Numbered from the stretch's first letter, positions 36,509 through 46,122 are shown. The stretch: DNA of 64,000 nt from an uncultured Chloroflexia bacterium (GCA_963776545.1 CAVZND010000011.1:99487-163486), one strand, 5' to 3'. The notes: generated by a model not told the origin, from the letters alone. Numbers and translations: made by a program.

Positions 36509-36629
36509 GCATGGCCGTGAGGACGTGTCTTGGATGACGTGGCGGACCGCAGGCGGCGGTCTGGGTCTCGGAGGACGCGCAGCGCACGTGGATCGACGCC
36601 TTGGACGCGAGAGGGCCTAGCCCGTCAGG

Positions 36630-37178
36630 CTGGGCGCCACTTCCGGTCAGTGCTCGACGACCTGCTCCAGGTTGCCGGCCGCCTCGATCCAGGCGGTGAT
36701 CTCGGCCTCGCTCGGTAGACGGCGGACGATCCCAGGCCGGGCGGCGACGACCTCCTGGACGGTCACCGCGAGGTTCGCCGGGTTGCGCTGGGCCAACTCG
36801 GCCGGTGAGCCGACGCCGGCGGCCCCGAGCAGGTCGCTGTACTGCGGCCCGACGCCCGGGACCCGCATGAGATCGACGTTGTCGACCCAATCGAGGATGA
36901 GCTTGCTGCTGATCCCGGTCGCCTCGGCGAGCCGCTCGCGGTCGTATGGCCGAGCACCAGCCGCGAGCAGGTCGTCGGTCGTCCGGATACCCGCGCCGGC
37001 GAGCGTCTCGCCATAGGCCGGTCCGATCCCCTCGACGTCCTCGATCTTCTTCGAGCGGGCGGCTTGGGGCTCCTCGACGTCTGCCGCCGCGACCACGGCA
37101 GGCGGGCGCCTCGACGGGCTCCGGAGCTGCCGCCTCGATCGCGACCGCAGCGACGGCCGCGGCCGCGACAGGAGCCGG
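36630..37178. repeat. 549-bp direct repeat, copy 1 (3' part of a DUF4332 gene plus 17 bp downstream)
   Basis: Aligned by eye to 39839..40386, it differs by 3 substitutions and one 1-nt indel (extra G near 37100-37103). Confidence 0.95.
36647..37096 (-). CDS. DUF4332 domain protein, truncated duplicate (possible gene remnant)
   Basis: The 149-aa ORF is identical to the C-terminus of the 39856..40845 product. It starts at an internal GTG. The upstream Ala/Pro linker remnant is out of frame because of the indel and there is no N-terminal membrane domain. Confidence 0.55.
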   Translation of the reverse strand: MVAAADVEEPQAARSKKIEDVEGIGPAYGETLAGAGIRTTDDLLAAGARPYDRERLAEATGISSKLILDWVDNVDLMRVPGVGPQYSDLLGAAGVGSPAELAQRNPANLAVTVQEVVAARPGIVRRLPSEAEITAWIEAAGNLEQVVEH

Positions 37179-37188
37179 CCACCCCAGG

Positions 37189-38478
37189 TCAGGTACCGTC
37201 GCCGGGGTCGTACAGCTCGACCGCTCGGCTGTTCTTGCTGTAGTCGCCCGCCAGGAGGACCCTGCCGTCGAGGAGCACGGTCGCGCTGTAGCCGACTCGG
37301 GCCCGGACCGGTTTCGCGGTACTGGTCCAGCGGTCGCTGCTCGGGTCGTAGAGCTCTGCGGAGGGAGGCCTGTCCCAGAGGCCCTCATTGACGACGAGCA
37401 CGGTGCCATCCGTCAGGAGCGTCGCCGTGTGGAAGATGCGGGCCGTCCCCATGCTGCCGGTCGCGGTCCATCGCCCGCTGACCGGGTCGTACAGCTCGGC
37501 GGTGGCCCATGCGCCGGGCTCACTGCAGGCGCAACCGCCCGTGACCAGCACCGTCCCGTCGGTCAGGAGCGTCGCCGTGTGACCGAAGCGACCGTCGGCC
37601 ATGCTCCCGGTGGCGGTCCATCGGCCCGTGTCGGGGTCGAACAGCTCCGCGGACGTGTAGCCACCGTCGCCGCCAGCGACGAGGACCCGGCCGTCGGGCA
37701 GCAGCGTCGCGGTGAAGCCCTTGCGAGCCTCGGTCATGCTTGCGATCGTCATCCAGCTACCGGTGATGGGGTCGTACAGCTCAGCGGTCGCGCTTCGCGG
37801 CCCGCCTTCCAGCTCCGTGTCCTCGGCACCGCCGCCCACCACGAGCACCTTCCCGTCGAGCAGCAGCGTGGCGGTGTGTCCACCGCGGCCATGGCGCATC
37901 GTCCCGGTGGCGGTCCATCGCCCCGTGCCCGGGTCGTACAGCTCGGCCGTTGCCAGCGGATCGGCGCTGTTGATGTAGCTGCCCGCCACAAGCACCTTGC
38001 CATCCGGTAGCAGCGTCGCGGTATGCCCCCAGCGGGCCCCCGCCATCTTCCGAGTGGCCGTCCATTTGCCGACGCTCGGGTCGAACAGCTCGGCGGAGGC
38101 GGAAACCTGACCATCCAGTCGGTCGTTGACCAGGCCGCCGGCGACGAGCACGCGGCCGTCGGGGAGCAGCGTCGCCGTGTGATAGGCGTGGGGCGCGATC
38201 ATCTTCCCGGTCGCATGCCACGCAGCGGTCGCGGTCACGGGTGGTGTCACCGGCTGGACCGATGCCGGTGCGATCGATGCCTGCAGGGGGCTCGGGGACG
38301 CTTCGGCGGACCGCACCGAGCTCACCGTCGGCGACGGGTACGGCGACGGCGAGGGTGTCGCGACCGAACCCAGTGACGCCGGCAGAGGCGACGTCGTCGC
38401 ACCGGCAACACATCCGCCCAGCAACGCCAGCGAGGCGAGACCCACCCCGAGTCGTGCGGTCCTCGTGTGACGATGCAT
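37189..38478 (-). CDS. Kelch-repeat (7-bladed beta-propeller) lipoprotein
   Basis: ATG 38478 after GGAGG. Lipobox LLGGC. Seven regular repeats of the form HTATLLPDGxVLVAGG...AELYDPxTGxWTATGxM. Confidence 0.88.
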   Translation of the reverse strand: MHRHTRTARLGVGLASLALLGGCVAGATTSPLPASLGSVATPSPSPYPSPTVSSVRSAEASPSPLQASIAPASVQPVTPPVTATAAWHATGKMIAPHAYHTATLLPDGRVLVAGGLVNDRLDGQVSASAELFDPSVGKWTATRKMAGARWGHTATLLPDGKVLVAGSYINSADPLATAELYDPGTGRWTATGTMRHGRGGHTATLLLDGKVLVVGGGAEDTELEGGPRSATAELYDPITGSWMTIASMTEARKGFTATLLPDGRVLVAGGDGGYTSAELFDPDTGRWTATGSMADGRFGHTATLLTDGTVLVTGGCACSEPGAWATAELYDPVSGRWTATGSMGTARIFHTATLLTDGTVLVVNEGLWDRPPSAELYDPSSDRWTSTAKPVRARVGYSATVLLDGRVLLAGDYSKNSRAVELYDPGDGT

Positions 38479-38602
38479 CGCGTCTGCCTCCGGGTCCACC
38501 CCGAGCGCCTTCGATCGCCTGGTGCTTTCGAGCCTAGGACGCGTCGCCGGGTCGGATGTTTCGGCCGGTCGCGTGCGTCACAGCGAGTCGTAGGATGCAA
38601 CG

Positions 38603-39793
38603 GTGCGGCGCTTGCTGGACCAAGCCCTGTCCATCGCGGCGGAGGCGGGCGACGACGACGATCTGCGCCTTCGCAAGCGCGTGGCCGTCATCGCCGGCTA
38701 CGTCACGATCGGTGCTGTCCTCATCCTCCCACTCGTTGGGACCGCGACCTTCCTGACGGTGGTCGCGGCGCTCGCGATCGCGATGGCCATGGCGGGCAAC
38801 CTCATCCTCCTCGCCCGCACGCGTCGCTTCACCCGCTTCGTCATCGTGAGCTTGTTGGCGGGAGCCGCCTACACGCTCTTCGCCGACACTGCCGAGGGAG
38901 GACTCGCAGCCTCCGGAGGCTGCGTCGTCTGGGCGTTGCTGATCCCCGTATTCGCCATCCTGTTCCTCGGCCCACGGCAAGCGATCCCGTGGTACGGGCT
39001 CTTCGTTGGCGTCCTCGTGACGATCATCCTCATCGATCCGCTGGTGAGCGCTCGACCGGCGCCAGCCCCGTACTGGATCCAGCTGACCTACTGGTTCGAG
39101 AACATCGCGGTGCCGGGAACGATCATCTTCCTCCTCCTCCGATACACGGACATCCGGCGTCTCGGCGCCCAGGCCCGGTCGGACGAGCTCCTGACCAACG
39201 CCATCCCGGCCTCGATCGCCGCGCGACTCAAGCACGGCGAACAACGGATCGCGGAACGGTATTCGGATACGACCATCCTGTTCTCGGACATCGTCGGTTT
39301 CACCCCGTGGGCGCTTCGAACCGATCCGGACCGGGTCGTTGCCCTCCTGGACCAGCTCTTCACCAGCTTCGACGAGCTGGCTTCCACGCACGGCATCGAG
39401 AAGATCAAGACCATCGGCGACGCGTACATGGCCGCCTCCGGTGCGCCGGAGGCGCGGTCAGACCACGCGGAAGCAGCCCTGGCGATGGCGTCCGCCATGC
39501 TCGTCGCGTTCAACGACTGGCGAGCGGACAATGCGCCGGACTTGGCCCTGCGCATCGGGCTCGCATCAGGAGACGTCGTGGCGGGGGTCATTGGGGAGCA
39601 GCGCGCCCAGTTCGACCTGTGGGGTGACGCGGTCAATCTCGCCTCCCGCATGGAGGCGACCGGGGTGCCCGGGCGGATCCAGGTCGCGCAGTCGACATGG
39701 GCGCTGTTGCGCGATCGGCATGCGTTCGAGGCGCGGAAGCCGATGGAGATCAAGGGGCTGGGCCTGACGCCGACCTACCTGCTCGCGCCGTGA
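38603..39793 (+). CDS. membrane-anchored class III adenylate/guanylate cyclase
   Basis: 6 TM helices, then a cyclase homology domain (TILFSDIVGFT...KIKTIGDAYMAASG...RIGLASGDVVAGVIG...DLWGDAVNLASRME). GTG 38603 lies 6 nt after TAGGAT, so the transcript is possibly leaderless. Confidence 0.9.
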   Translation: MRRLLDQALSIAAEAGDDDDLRLRKRVAVIAGYVTIGAVLILPLVGTATFLTVVAALAIAMAMAGNLILLARTRRFTRFVIVSLLAGAAYTLFADTAEGGLAASGGCVVWALLIPVFAILFLGPRQAIPWYGLFVGVLVTIILIDPLVSARPAPAPYWIQLTYWFENIAVPGTIIFLLLRYTDIRRLGAQARSDELLTNAIPASIAARLKHGEQRIAERYSDTTILFSDIVGFTPWALRTDPDRVVALLDQLFTSFDELASTHGIEKIKTIGDAYMAASGAPEARSDHAEAALAMASAMLVAFNDWRADNAPDLALRIGLASGDVVAGVIGEQRAQFDLWGDAVNLASRMEATGVPGRIQVAQSTWALLRDRHAFEARKPMEIKGLGLTPTYLLAP

Positions 39794-39838
39794 TCGCTTG
39801 GTCGGGATCGCCCGCCCGCGAGGCGCTCAAGCACACGC

Positions 39839-40386
39839 CTGGGCGCCACTTCCCGTCAGTGCTCGACGACCTGCTCCAGGTTGCCGGCCGCCTCGATCCA
39901 GGCGGTGATCTCGGCCTCGCTCGGTAGACGGCGGACGATCCCAGGCCGGGCGGCGACGACCTCCTGGACGGTCACCGCGAGGTTCGCCGGGTTGCGCTGG
40001 GCCAACTCGGCCGGTGAGCCGACGCCGGCGGCCCCGAGCAGGTCGCTGTACTGCGGCCCGACGCCCGGGACCCGCATGAGATCGACGTTGTCGACCCAAT
40101 CGAGGATGAGCTTGCTGCTGATCCCGGTCGCCTCGGCGAGCCGCTCGCGGTCGTATGGCCGAGCACCAGCCGCGAGCAGGTCGTCGGTCGTCCGGATACC
40201 CGCGCCGGCGAGCGTCTCGCCATAGGCCGGTCCGATCCCCTCGACGTCCTCGATCTTCTTCGAGCGGGCGGCTTGGGGCTCCTCGACGTCTGCCGCCGCG
40301 ACCACAGCAGCGGGCGCCTCGACGGGCTCCGGAGCTGCCGCCTCGATCGCGACCGCAGCGACGGCCGCGGCCGCGACGGGAGCCGG
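39839..40386. repeat. 548-bp direct repeat, copy 2 (within the intact DUF4332 gene)
   Basis: See copy 1. The period is 3209 bp. Confidence 0.95.
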
Positions 40387-40845
40387 AGCGGCGACCGGTG
40401 GTGCGACCGGCGCTGGCGCCGGAGCGACGGGCGGCGCAGCCGCCGCCTGCGCGGGCGCCCGCTCGCCGAAGGCCGCCTTGACTTCAGCGGTCATCAGGTA
40501 CCAGAGGATGACTCCGGGCATGAGCGCCATCGCGAAGCCGACGCCGGTGCCGGGGAAATGGAGGAATGCCAGCCCCGCCTCGAGGAGCGCGAAGGCTGCA
40601 ACGACGATCGCGAAGATGCGAGCCCACTGCTGGAGTGCCCAGAGACCCCCGGCCACGAGCAGCCAGACGATCCCGGTGGCAACGGCAAGCCAGCCCCAGA
40701 GTCCGACGTTCTCGAAGGCGGGAAGGTCGCCGAGCGCCCCGAACCAGTCGAAGCCGAGGAGCTGGATGCCGAAGAACAGGAGACCGAAGCCTGCTAAGGC
40801 CGCGAAGAAGCCAAGGATCGCGATCAGGATGGGCGGGTTCTTCAT
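39856..40845 (-). CDS. membrane protein with Ala/Pro-rich linker and C-terminal DUF4332 (helix-hairpin-helix-like) domain
   Basis: ATG 40845 (MKNPPILIAILGFF...). 4 TM helices, an APAPAPVAPPVAAPAP linker, then a DUF4332-type block IEDVEGIGPAYGETLAGAGIRTTDDLL...LMRVPGVGPQYSDLL. Confidence 0.85.
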   Translation of the reverse strand: MKNPPILIAILGFFAALAGFGLLFFGIQLLGFDWFGALGDLPAFENVGLWGWLAVATGIVWLLVAGGLWALQQWARIFAIVVAAFALLEAGLAFLHFPGTGVGFAMALMPGVILWYLMTAEVKAAFGERAPAQAAAAPPVAPAPAPVAPPVAAPAPVAAAAVAAVAIEAAAPEPVEAPAAVVAAADVEEPQAARSKKIEDVEGIGPAYGETLAGAGIRTTDDLLAAGARPYDRERLAEATGISSKLILDWVDNVDLMRVPGVGPQYSDLLGAAGVGSPAELAQRNPANLAVTVQEVVAARPGIVRRLPSEAEITAWIEAAGNLEQVVEH

Positions 40846-41008
40846 CGGTGGGTCCTTTCGGCACTGCCAACGCGCGCCAACGTGGGGCGAACGACCGCCG
40901 GCTTCCGTCTCCGCAAGTCTCCGGCGGACACCACGAATACTAGACAACCAGACCGCTCGCGTGCACGAGCGCCGCCCATGATCGTGACGCTCGTGGCACC
41001 GTAGCCCG

Positions 41009-41674
41009 GTGAACACCGCGCGAGCCGCCGCCCTGCCCGAGACCGCGCTCTACGGCCCCGTGAAGGCGCTGCTCGAGGCCCAGGGGTACGACGTCAAGGG
41101 CGAGATCGTCGGCTGCGACGTCGTCGGCGTCCGGGACGACGAACCGCCGGTGGTCGTTGAGCTGAAGCGCACCTTCGGGCTCGCACTCGTGCTCCAGGGC
41201 ATCGACCGGCTGGCGATGACCGATGCTGTCTACCTCGGCGTCGGAGCATGGCCGAGCCGGCCCGCCGCCGTCCGGCGACTTTGCCGTCGCCTCGGTCTGG
41301 GGCTCATCGTGATCGCCGACGGCCGCGCCGAGGCCGTGCTGGATCCGCTGCCGTACCGGCCGCGCAAGACCCGAGCTCGAACGGCGCGTCTGCTCGATGA
41401 GCACCGCCGGCGGGTCGGCGATCCGACCAGCGGTGGCTCGGTTCGGCGACCGATCATGACCGCGTACCGGCAGGAAGCGCTGCGCTGCGCCGCCCGGCTC
41501 GAGGCCGGTCCGGCGACACCGCGCGCCATCCGAGCCGAGGGCGACGCGCCGCATGCGGGCCGGATCCTGCGATCGAACGTCTACGGCTGGTTCGAGCGGG
41601 TCGGACGCGGCGTCTACGCCCTGACGCCTCAGGGACGACGCGCCCTCGAGGACGACCTGGCTGGCGGGACATGA
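41009..41674 (+). CDS. DUF2161-like protein (nuclease-fold N-domain plus winged helix)
   Basis: ETALYGPVKALLEAQGYDVKGEIVGCDVVGVRDDEPPVVVELKRTF resembles a PD-(D/E)xK-like core. The C-terminal part resembles wHTH. Its stop overlaps the next ATG. Confidence 0.7.
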   Translation: MNTARAAALPETALYGPVKALLEAQGYDVKGEIVGCDVVGVRDDEPPVVVELKRTFGLALVLQGIDRLAMTDAVYLGVGAWPSRPAAVRRLCRRLGLGLIVIADGRAEAVLDPLPYRPRKTRARTARLLDEHRRRVGDPTSGGSVRRPIMTAYRQEALRCAARLEAGPATPRAIRAEGDAPHAGRILRSNVYGWFERVGRGVYALTPQGRRALEDDLAGGT

Positions 41675-44421
41675 CGACGCCGAACACCACAGGCCCGCTG
41701 CTCGAGACCAAGCTCTTCGTCCCGAAGCCGACGCGCGGACTGGTCGCGCGTCCGAGACTGATCGAACGCCTGGACCGGGGGGCCGAGTCGAAGCTGACGC
41801 TCATCTCCGCTCCGGCCGGCTTCGGCAAGACGACCCTCCTGGCGGAGTGGCTCGCCGCCTCGCCGACCGGTGGACGGTCGGTGGCGTGGCTGTCGCTCGA
41901 CCAGGCCGACAACGAGCCCTTGTCGTTCTGGACCTACCTGATCACGGCCTTGCAGACGATGGTCCCCGGGATCGGCGCCGGTGCACTCTCCTTGTTGCAG
42001 GAGCGCCAACCGCCACCGATCGAGACGGTCCTCACGACCTTGCTCAACGACCTCAATGCGGTGCCGAACGACATCGCGCTGGTGCTCGACGACGACCACG
42101 TGGTCGACGCCCTCGACGTCCAGACGGGGATGGCGTACCTGCTGGAGCATCTTCCCTCCCAGATCCACCTGGTGATCGCCACGCGCGCCGATCCGGCGCT
42201 GCCGCTCGGTCGCATGCGCGGGCGCGGCGAGCTCACCGAGATCCGCGCGACCGATCTGCGCTTCACGCCGGAAGAAGCCGCCGCCTATCTCGACGACGTG
42301 ATGGGATTGAGCCTTGCCGCGTCGGATGTGGCCGCCCTGGAGGCGCGCACCGAGGGCTGGATCGCTGCCCTCCAGCTCGCGGCGCTCTCGATGCAGGGGC
42401 GAGACGATGTCGCCCGCTTCATCGCCGACTTTGCCGGGGACGATCGCTACATCGTCGACTTCCTGATCGAGGAGGTCTTGAACCGACAGCCCGAACCGGT
42501 CCGGGACTTCCTGCTCCAAACGGCCATCCTGCGCCGGCTGAACGGCGCACTGTGCGATGCCGTCACCGGGCACGACGGCGGCACGGCCATGCTGGAGGCG
42601 CTGGATCGAGGGAACCTGTTCCTGGTCCCGCTTGACGACCGCCGTCGCTGGTATCGCTACCACCAGCTCTTCGCCGACGTCCTGCACGTGCGCCTCCTGG
42701 ACGAGCAGCCGGATCGTGTCCCGGACCTGCACCGGCGAGCCAGCGAGTGGTACGAGCACAACGGAGAGCCAGCCGAGGCCATCCGCCACGCGCTGGCCGC
42801 CGACGACGTCTCGCGAGCAGCCGACCTGATCGAGCAAGCCATCCCCGACCTGCGCAGCAGCCGGCAGGAGGCGGTCATGCTCTCGTGGCTCCAGGCGCTG
42901 CCCGAAGACGTGATCGCGGCGAGGCCCGTGCTGAGCGTTCACTTCGCCGGGGCGCTGCTCGTCAATGCCCGGGTCGACGGCGTGGAGGCGCACCTGCGGA
43001 ACGCCGAACGGTGGCTGGATCCGGCGGCTGACAGCCATGACCGGCCTTCAGGCCCTTCGGCTCCGATCGTCGTGGACGAGGACGAGTACCGTCGTCTACC
43101 GCGTTCGATCGCGGTCTACCGAGCGGCGCTGGCGATGGCCGCCGGCGACGTCAACACGACGCTCGCCCATGCCCGGCGCGCGCTGGACCTCGTCGAGGCG
43201 GACGACCACATCGGCCGCGGGTCCGCTGCCGGGTTCCTCGGCCTCGTCAACTGGACGAGCGGGGATCTCGAGGCGGCCAGCGAGTCGTGGGCCGCTGCGA
43301 TCGCCAGCCTGCTGCGGGCAGGCCACGTGTCGGACGCCATCGGCTGCACGATCGCGCTCGGGGATATCCGGACGGCGCAAGGTCGACTCGGCGACGCGAT
43401 GGCCGCGTACGAACGGGGACTGGACCTCGTCGCCCGGCCGGGCGAGCCCGTGCTACGCGGGGCGGCGGACATGCACGTCGCGATGAGCGAGGTGAACCGC
43501 GAGCGGAACGATCTCGCCGCGGCAACGCAGCACCTGCAGTCGAGCGAGGTCCTGGGCGAGCCGATGGGCCTGGCTCAGTACCCCTATCGCTGGCGTGTCT
43601 CGATGGCCCGGGTCCGGGAGGCTGAGGGCGACCTCGACACGGCCCTCGAACTCCTGGACGAGGCGGAACGCCGGTACACGAGCGACTACTTCCCGAACGT
43701 CCGGCCGATCCCAGCGATGAAGGCCCGGGTGTGGATCGCGCAGGGACGGCTCGACCGGGCGATGACCTGGGCCAGAGAGCATGGCGTCTCGGTCGAGGAC
43801 GACCTCAGCTACCTGCGGGAGTTCGACCACATCACGCTCGCCAGGCTGCTCGCCAGGTCCGGGCGCGACGGTGCCGATCGCTCGGCGACGGAGGGAGCGG
43901 GCCTTGTGGAGCGCCTCCTGGAGGCGGCGGAGGCAGGGCAGCGGACGCGGAGCGTCATCGAGCTCCACGTGCTGCAGGCGCTCGATCGTCAGCGGCATGG
44001 CGACGTCGCGGCCGCCCTTGTGCCACTGGGACGCGCCCTCGCCCTTGCCGAGCCGGAGGGGTACGTCCGCATCTTCGTCGACGAGGGAGAACCGATGGTC
44101 GGCCTGCTCGAGTCGGCCGCCAGGCACGGCGTCGCTCCGGGCTACGTCGGCCGGCTGCTGGCGACCGTGGGCCAGGCCACGAACGCCGCACCCGGCAACC
44201 AGGCGCTGGTGGAGCCGCTGAGCGCGCGGGAGCTCGACGTACTTCGGCTGCTGGCGACCGAGCTTGGCGGCCCGGACATCGCCCGAGAGCTCGTCGTGTC
44301 GCTGCACACCGTTCGGAGCCACACCAAGAACATCTACGCGAAGCTCGGCGTGAACAACCGACGGGCGGCGGTCCGCCGAGCGCAGGAACTCGACCTGTTG
44401 TCGGCGTCGGGCGACCGTTAG
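41671..44421 (+). CDS. MalT-like large ATP-binding LuxR-family (LAL) regulator
   Basis: LETKLFVPKPTRGLVARPRLIERL, Walker A SAPAGFGKTTL, TPR-like middle, LuxR HTH LSARELDVLRLLATELGGPDIARELVVSLHTVRSHTKNIYAKL. Confidence 0.9.
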   Translation: MTTPNTTGPLLETKLFVPKPTRGLVARPRLIERLDRGAESKLTLISAPAGFGKTTLLAEWLAASPTGGRSVAWLSLDQADNEPLSFWTYLITALQTMVPGIGAGALSLLQERQPPPIETVLTTLLNDLNAVPNDIALVLDDDHVVDALDVQTGMAYLLEHLPSQIHLVIATRADPALPLGRMRGRGELTEIRATDLRFTPEEAAAYLDDVMGLSLAASDVAALEARTEGWIAALQLAALSMQGRDDVARFIADFAGDDRYIVDFLIEEVLNRQPEPVRDFLLQTAILRRLNGALCDAVTGHDGGTAMLEALDRGNLFLVPLDDRRRWYRYHQLFADVLHVRLLDEQPDRVPDLHRRASEWYEHNGEPAEAIRHALAADDVSRAADLIEQAIPDLRSSRQEAVMLSWLQALPEDVIAARPVLSVHFAGALLVNARVDGVEAHLRNAERWLDPAADSHDRPSGPSAPIVVDEDEYRRLPRSIAVYRAALAMAAGDVNTTLAHARRALDLVEADDHIGRGSAAGFLGLVNWTSGDLEAASESWAAAIASLLRAGHVSDAIGCTIALGDIRTAQGRLGDAMAAYERGLDLVARPGEPVLRGAADMHVAMSEVNRERNDLAAATQHLQSSEVLGEPMGLAQYPYRWRVSMARVREAEGDLDTALELLDEAERRYTSDYFPNVRPIPAMKARVWIAQGRLDRAMTWAREHGVSVEDDLSYLREFDHITLARLLARSGRDGADRSATEGAGLVERLLEAAEAGQRTRSVIELHVLQALDRQRHGDVAAALVPLGRALALAEPEGYVRIFVDEGEPMVGLLESAARHGVAPGYVGRLLATVGQATNAAPGNQALVEPLSARELDVLRLLATELGGPDIARELVVSLHTVRSHTKNIYAKLGVNNRRAAVRRAQELDLLSASGDR

Positions 44422-44456
44422 CTCTGCCCTTCGTCGCTTGGCCGTCCGGATCGAAG

Positions 44457-44500
44457 TTTCACCACTCCTTTCACCACACGTGGTGATGCCCGCTCACCAC
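44457..44500 (+). promoter_or_regulatory. cluster of TCACCAC repeats (3 direct + 1 inverted), candidate operator
   Basis: TTTCACCAC at 44457 and 44469, inverted GTGGTGA at 44480, TCACCAC at 44494. Located between the LAL gene and the downstream 3-gene operon. Confidence 0.4.
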
Positions 44501-44564
44501 ATCCGCTCCTAGCTTCGTCATCACGCCGGCACGACAGACCCGCACCGCCGGCGGAAAGGAGCAG

Positions 44565-44867
44565 ATGAGCGGAGCGAGCGACACCGATCGACACGAGGCC
44601 GGACGCTACGAGGTCCGCCTCAGGGGGCACCTCGATTCCCGATGGGCGGCCTGGTTCGACGGGCTGAGCCTCACCCACCAGAGCGATGGCACCACCGTGA
44701 TCGGCGGCGAGGTCGCCGACCAGTCGGCGCTCCACGGCCTGCTTCAGAGGGTTCGGGACACCGGCCTGCCCCTGGTCTCGGTCACACGCCACGAACCCGG
44801 CCAGACCGGCCCCCGACCACCGAGCCTCGATGGCTCATCCACCGACGACACAAGGAGATCGACATGA
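44565..44867 (+). CDS. small conserved hypothetical protein
   Basis: RBS GGAAAGGAG. YEVRLRGHLDSRWAAWFDGLSLTHQSDGTTVIGGEVADQSALHGLLQRVRDTGLPLVSV is a recurrent actinobacterial small-protein pattern as I recall it. Confidence 0.7.
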   Translation: MSGASDTDRHEAGRYEVRLRGHLDSRWAAWFDGLSLTHQSDGTTVIGGEVADQSALHGLLQRVRDTGLPLVSVTRHEPGQTGPRPPSLDGSSTDDTRRST

Positions 44868-45658
44868 CGAACACAGCCACGAACGGAGTCCCCACGGACG
44901 GCTGGCGGAAGCTCTCGCTCGCCGGGGGCGTGCTGTACCTGATGACCTTCATCTTCTCGATCCCGGCCGTCTTCCTGTATGGCCCCGTGCTCAGCGATCC
45001 GGCGTACATCGTCAGTGCCGGCGCCGACTCCCAGGTGCTCCTGGGCGCGCTCTTCGACATCATCACCGCCCTCGCCTGCATCGGGACCGCCGTCGCGCTG
45101 TATCCGGTCATCAGGCGCCAGAGCGAAGCCGCCTCCATCGGGTTCGTCACGACACGGATCTTCGAAGGGGCCGTCATCGTCATCGGCGTCGTGAGCCTCA
45201 TGGCCGTCGTGTGGCTGCGCCAGGCCGGGGCCGCTGCGGGGACCGACGCGTCCGCGCTGGTCGCCGTGGGCCAGGGCCTCGTCGCCGTCCGGGACGTGAC
45301 CTTCCTGGTCGGCCCCGGCGTCATGCCCGGCTTGAACGCCCTGCTGCTCGGCTACGTGCTGTACCGCTCCCGACTCGTGCCGCGAGCGATCCCCGCGATG
45401 GGGCTCGTCGGGGCCCCGGTATTCCTGGTCTCTGCGGGCCTGTCGATCCTCGGCCTGAACGAGCAGGTGTCGGTGTTGTCCCTGATCGCGCTGCCCCTGA
45501 TCTTCGTGTGGGAGCTGACGCTCGGCCTGTGGCTGACCTTCAAGGGCTTCCGACCCGCGGCGGTGGTCGCCCTTGCCGCTGGCACGAACGACGCGCAGGC
45601 GTCGGCGGCGGCTCGTCCGTCACCGACCGCGGCCGCGACGACGGCCGGTGCGGCATGA
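44864..45658 (+). CDS. DUF4386 domain-containing membrane protein
   Basis: ATG 44864 after AAGGAG, with an ATGA overlap with the upstream stop. 6 TM helices with a DUF4386-like pattern (LAGGVLYLMTFIFSIPAVFLY...). Confidence 0.8.
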   Translation: MTNTATNGVPTDGWRKLSLAGGVLYLMTFIFSIPAVFLYGPVLSDPAYIVSAGADSQVLLGALFDIITALACIGTAVALYPVIRRQSEAASIGFVTTRIFEGAVIVIGVVSLMAVVWLRQAGAAAGTDASALVAVGQGLVAVRDVTFLVGPGVMPGLNALLLGYVLYRSRLVPRAIPAMGLVGAPVFLVSAGLSILGLNEQVSVLSLIALPLIFVWELTLGLWLTFKGFRPAAVVALAAGTNDAQASAAARPSPTAAATTAGAA

Positions 45659-46122
45659 CCGCCGACCTGGAGCGGACGGCAACGATCCCTCCCCGCCTCC
45701 TCGTTCGGACCGCCTGGGTGCTGCATCGTGCCCTCTACCGGTTCACCGGTGGGCGGATCGGGCTCCGGCCGCCCGGCAAGGCGTTCGGGATGATGCGCCT
45801 CATGACGCTCGGGCGACGCTCGGGCGAGCCACGAGTCGCGATCGTCGGGTACTACGAGGACGGTCCGAACCTGGTCACGCTGGCCATGAACGGCTGGGCC
45901 GAGGCCGAGCCCGCCTGGTGGCTGAATCTACAGGCGCACCCGGACACGACGGTCGAGCTGAACGATGGTGTTCGTGCCGTCCGGGGTCGCGCGGCTGTGG
46001 GTGAGGAACGTGACCGGCTCTGGGCGCGATGGGGCGAGTTCAGCGAGAACTACGACTCGTGGGCGGCCAGGCGTTCCGTGCAGACCGCCGTTGTCGTCCT
46101 CGAGCCCCGCGCCGCCGCCTGA
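45655..46122 (+). CDS. nitroreductase/deazaflavin (F420)-dependent oxidoreductase family protein (DDN/DUF385-like)
   Basis: RTAWVLHRALYRFTGGRIGL...LMTLGRRSGEPRV...AEPAWWLNLQAHPDTTVEL. ATGA overlap with the upstream gene. Confidence 0.85.
   Translation: MTADLERTATIPPRLLVRTAWVLHRALYRFTGGRIGLRPPGKAFGMMRLMTLGRRSGEPRVAIVGYYEDGPNLVTLAMNGWAEAEPAWWLNLQAHPDTTVELNDGVRAVRGRAAVGEERDRLWARWGEFSENYDSWAARRSVQTAVVVLEPRAAA

Noticed and set aside
37189-38478. Periodic ~140-bp DNA repeats that might look like a tandem repeat or CRISPR-like array
   Set aside because: They are the coding repeats of seven Kelch blades in a single open frame. There are no unique spacers and no cas genes.
36630-40386. Composite transposon or IS-mediated insertion explaining the 549-bp repeats
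   Set aside because: There is no transposase or integrase ORF, no terminal inverted repeats and no target-site duplication. The repeats are direct copies of ordinary coding sequence.
41629-43038. 469-aa minus-strand ORF inside the second LAL gene
   Set aside because: Same reasoning: antisense to a motif-rich plus-strand gene.
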